Shown here: in pieces, positions 63,078 through 64,000 of the stretch
Layout: each line of letters opens with the position of its first letter
How positions within the stretch are numbered: the stretch's first letter is position 1
Source of the DNA: Felis catus
Taxonomy: Eukaryota
Direction of reading: 5' to 3'
DNA: 64,000 nt
NCBI RefSeq assembly: GCF_018350175.1
Contig: NC_058368.1
Span: 32,118,001-32,182,000, forward strand
Position numbers and translations under genes: made by a program
Notes under the pieces: generated by a model
What the model saw: only the letters and a program-made list of their open reading frames with translations
What the model was told of the DNA's origin: nothing
Databases searched by the model: none

Positions 63078-63635
63078 ATCTATATTAATGTTTATTTGAT
63101 CAATCTGCATAAGAATTTAAGTACTTTTCCAAGTGTATATGTCATATAAGAATATTCAGTATTTTGAACATAATGTCCATAAAAATTGTTAATAGGTAAG
63201 TGTTACAACCATTTTAGTATTTTTTACATCTGTGTAGTCATCAGCTGTAATAGGAAATGGCTTAATTTATTTTTATCTTTTCCACAGAATTTTAGTAGAA
63301 AGTTTTTATCCATATTTTCCAAAGAGAGGTTACATAATTTGTAGTTGAATGTATGTTAACAAATTTGTGATTGTATTTAGGACAACTAGTTTTTGCTATA
63401 CTCAATAGACATTATTTCATATACTCATTATCTGTTAAGAAGTTTTCATTTCATATACTATTGAATTGTCTTACAATAGCCCATAACTTATTTTTATAAT
63501 TATAATTTTAATGCTCTATCGGGGCATTCAGTTTTGTACTTTGTGTCTATTTCTGCACATGATTTATATTTTTCCCATGGTGACACAAACTGTAGTCCCT
63601 CAGTGCATAAATGCTTTTGAAAATAAAATGTTGTA

Positions 63636-63720
63636 GGGGTACCTGATTGGCTCAGTTGATTCAGCATCTGTCTTGACCTCTGCTCAGGTCTTGATCTTAG
63701 AGTAAATCAATAAAAAATAA
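63636..63720 (+). mobile_element. Truncated or degenerate CanSINE head
   Basis: 'ggggtacctgattggctcagttg...gctcaggtcttgatctt' followed by an A-rich tail. Confidence 0.7.
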
Positions 63721-63812
63721 CACATGTAAAATTTATCTTTTTCTCTCCAAGAATGTGATTTCTCCCATTTTTCTTGAAACATATTGCTCTAATATTAGTC
63801 ATTTTTTAAAAA

Positions 63813-64000
63813 TATTTTATGGATTATTTGGTAGCCCCTAAAAGATATACCCATGTCCTCGCCCTGGAACTTCTGAATGGGATTTTGTTTGGAAAAATGG
63901 TTTAAGTAGATAATCTAGATTTAGTCTGGGTGCCTAAATCCAATGGTAGGTGGACTTATAAGAGAAAGGTGTAGGAGATTTGGGAGTTAGATACATAGGA
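63813..64000 (+). mobile_element. MaLR LTR (MLT1A-C-like) 5' part, runs off the window
   Basis: 'gcccctaaaagatatacccatgtcct...ttgtttggaaaaatgg...cctaaatccaatgg...cttataagagaaagg'. Confidence 0.75.

Larger units (their letters stand above)
61478..63500 (-). mobile_element. hAT (Charlie-type) transposon remnant with decayed transposase, interrupted by MER3 and MER58A
   Basis: ORF-track peptide ELQVEVIELQ...KIISIFGSTYNGEQLYS matches the hAT C-terminal dimerization motif; minus-strand FPITADDYTDVKNT near 63220-63258 resembles the catalytic 'ALDESTD' motif; terminus 'cagtcagaaactcaaatgcctac'. Confidence 0.7.

Noticed and set aside
1..64000. CRISPR array, prokaryotic operon or novel multi-gene system
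   Set aside because: Sequence is mammalian; no repeat-spacer array or non-transposon gene cluster is visible. SINE-derived short ORFs (MAQSVK...) are repeat artefacts.

Overview
AT-rich, repeat-dense mammalian DNA from a feliform carnivore, very likely a cat: the CanSINEs carry the feline-type body 'gctgacagctcagagcctggagcctg'. I found no host protein-coding exon, RNA gene or CpG island that I can support. The long ORFs all come from LINE-1 or decayed DNA transposons. The window holds one young 5'-truncated, disabled ~5 kb L1 with a perfect 17-bp target-site duplication (TSD), several older nested L1 pieces, about 20 CanSINEs, L2/MIR relics, MaLR and ERV-type solo LTRs, Tigger and hAT elements, and many microsatellites. 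Most L1 3' ends lie on the minus strand, which would fit an intron of a + strand gene (inference only). I did not find a new biological system. The best observations are structural: a CanSINE split by a ~1 kb inversion (supported by an inverted 14-bp TSD), a 10-nt 3' transduction on the young L1, a tiny twin-priming-type inversion, a micro-inversion inside an L1 3' end, a 67-bp tandem duplication, and two + strand splice-signal candidates. Subfamily names come from my memory of consensus sequences, not from a database search, and boundaries of old repeats are approximate.
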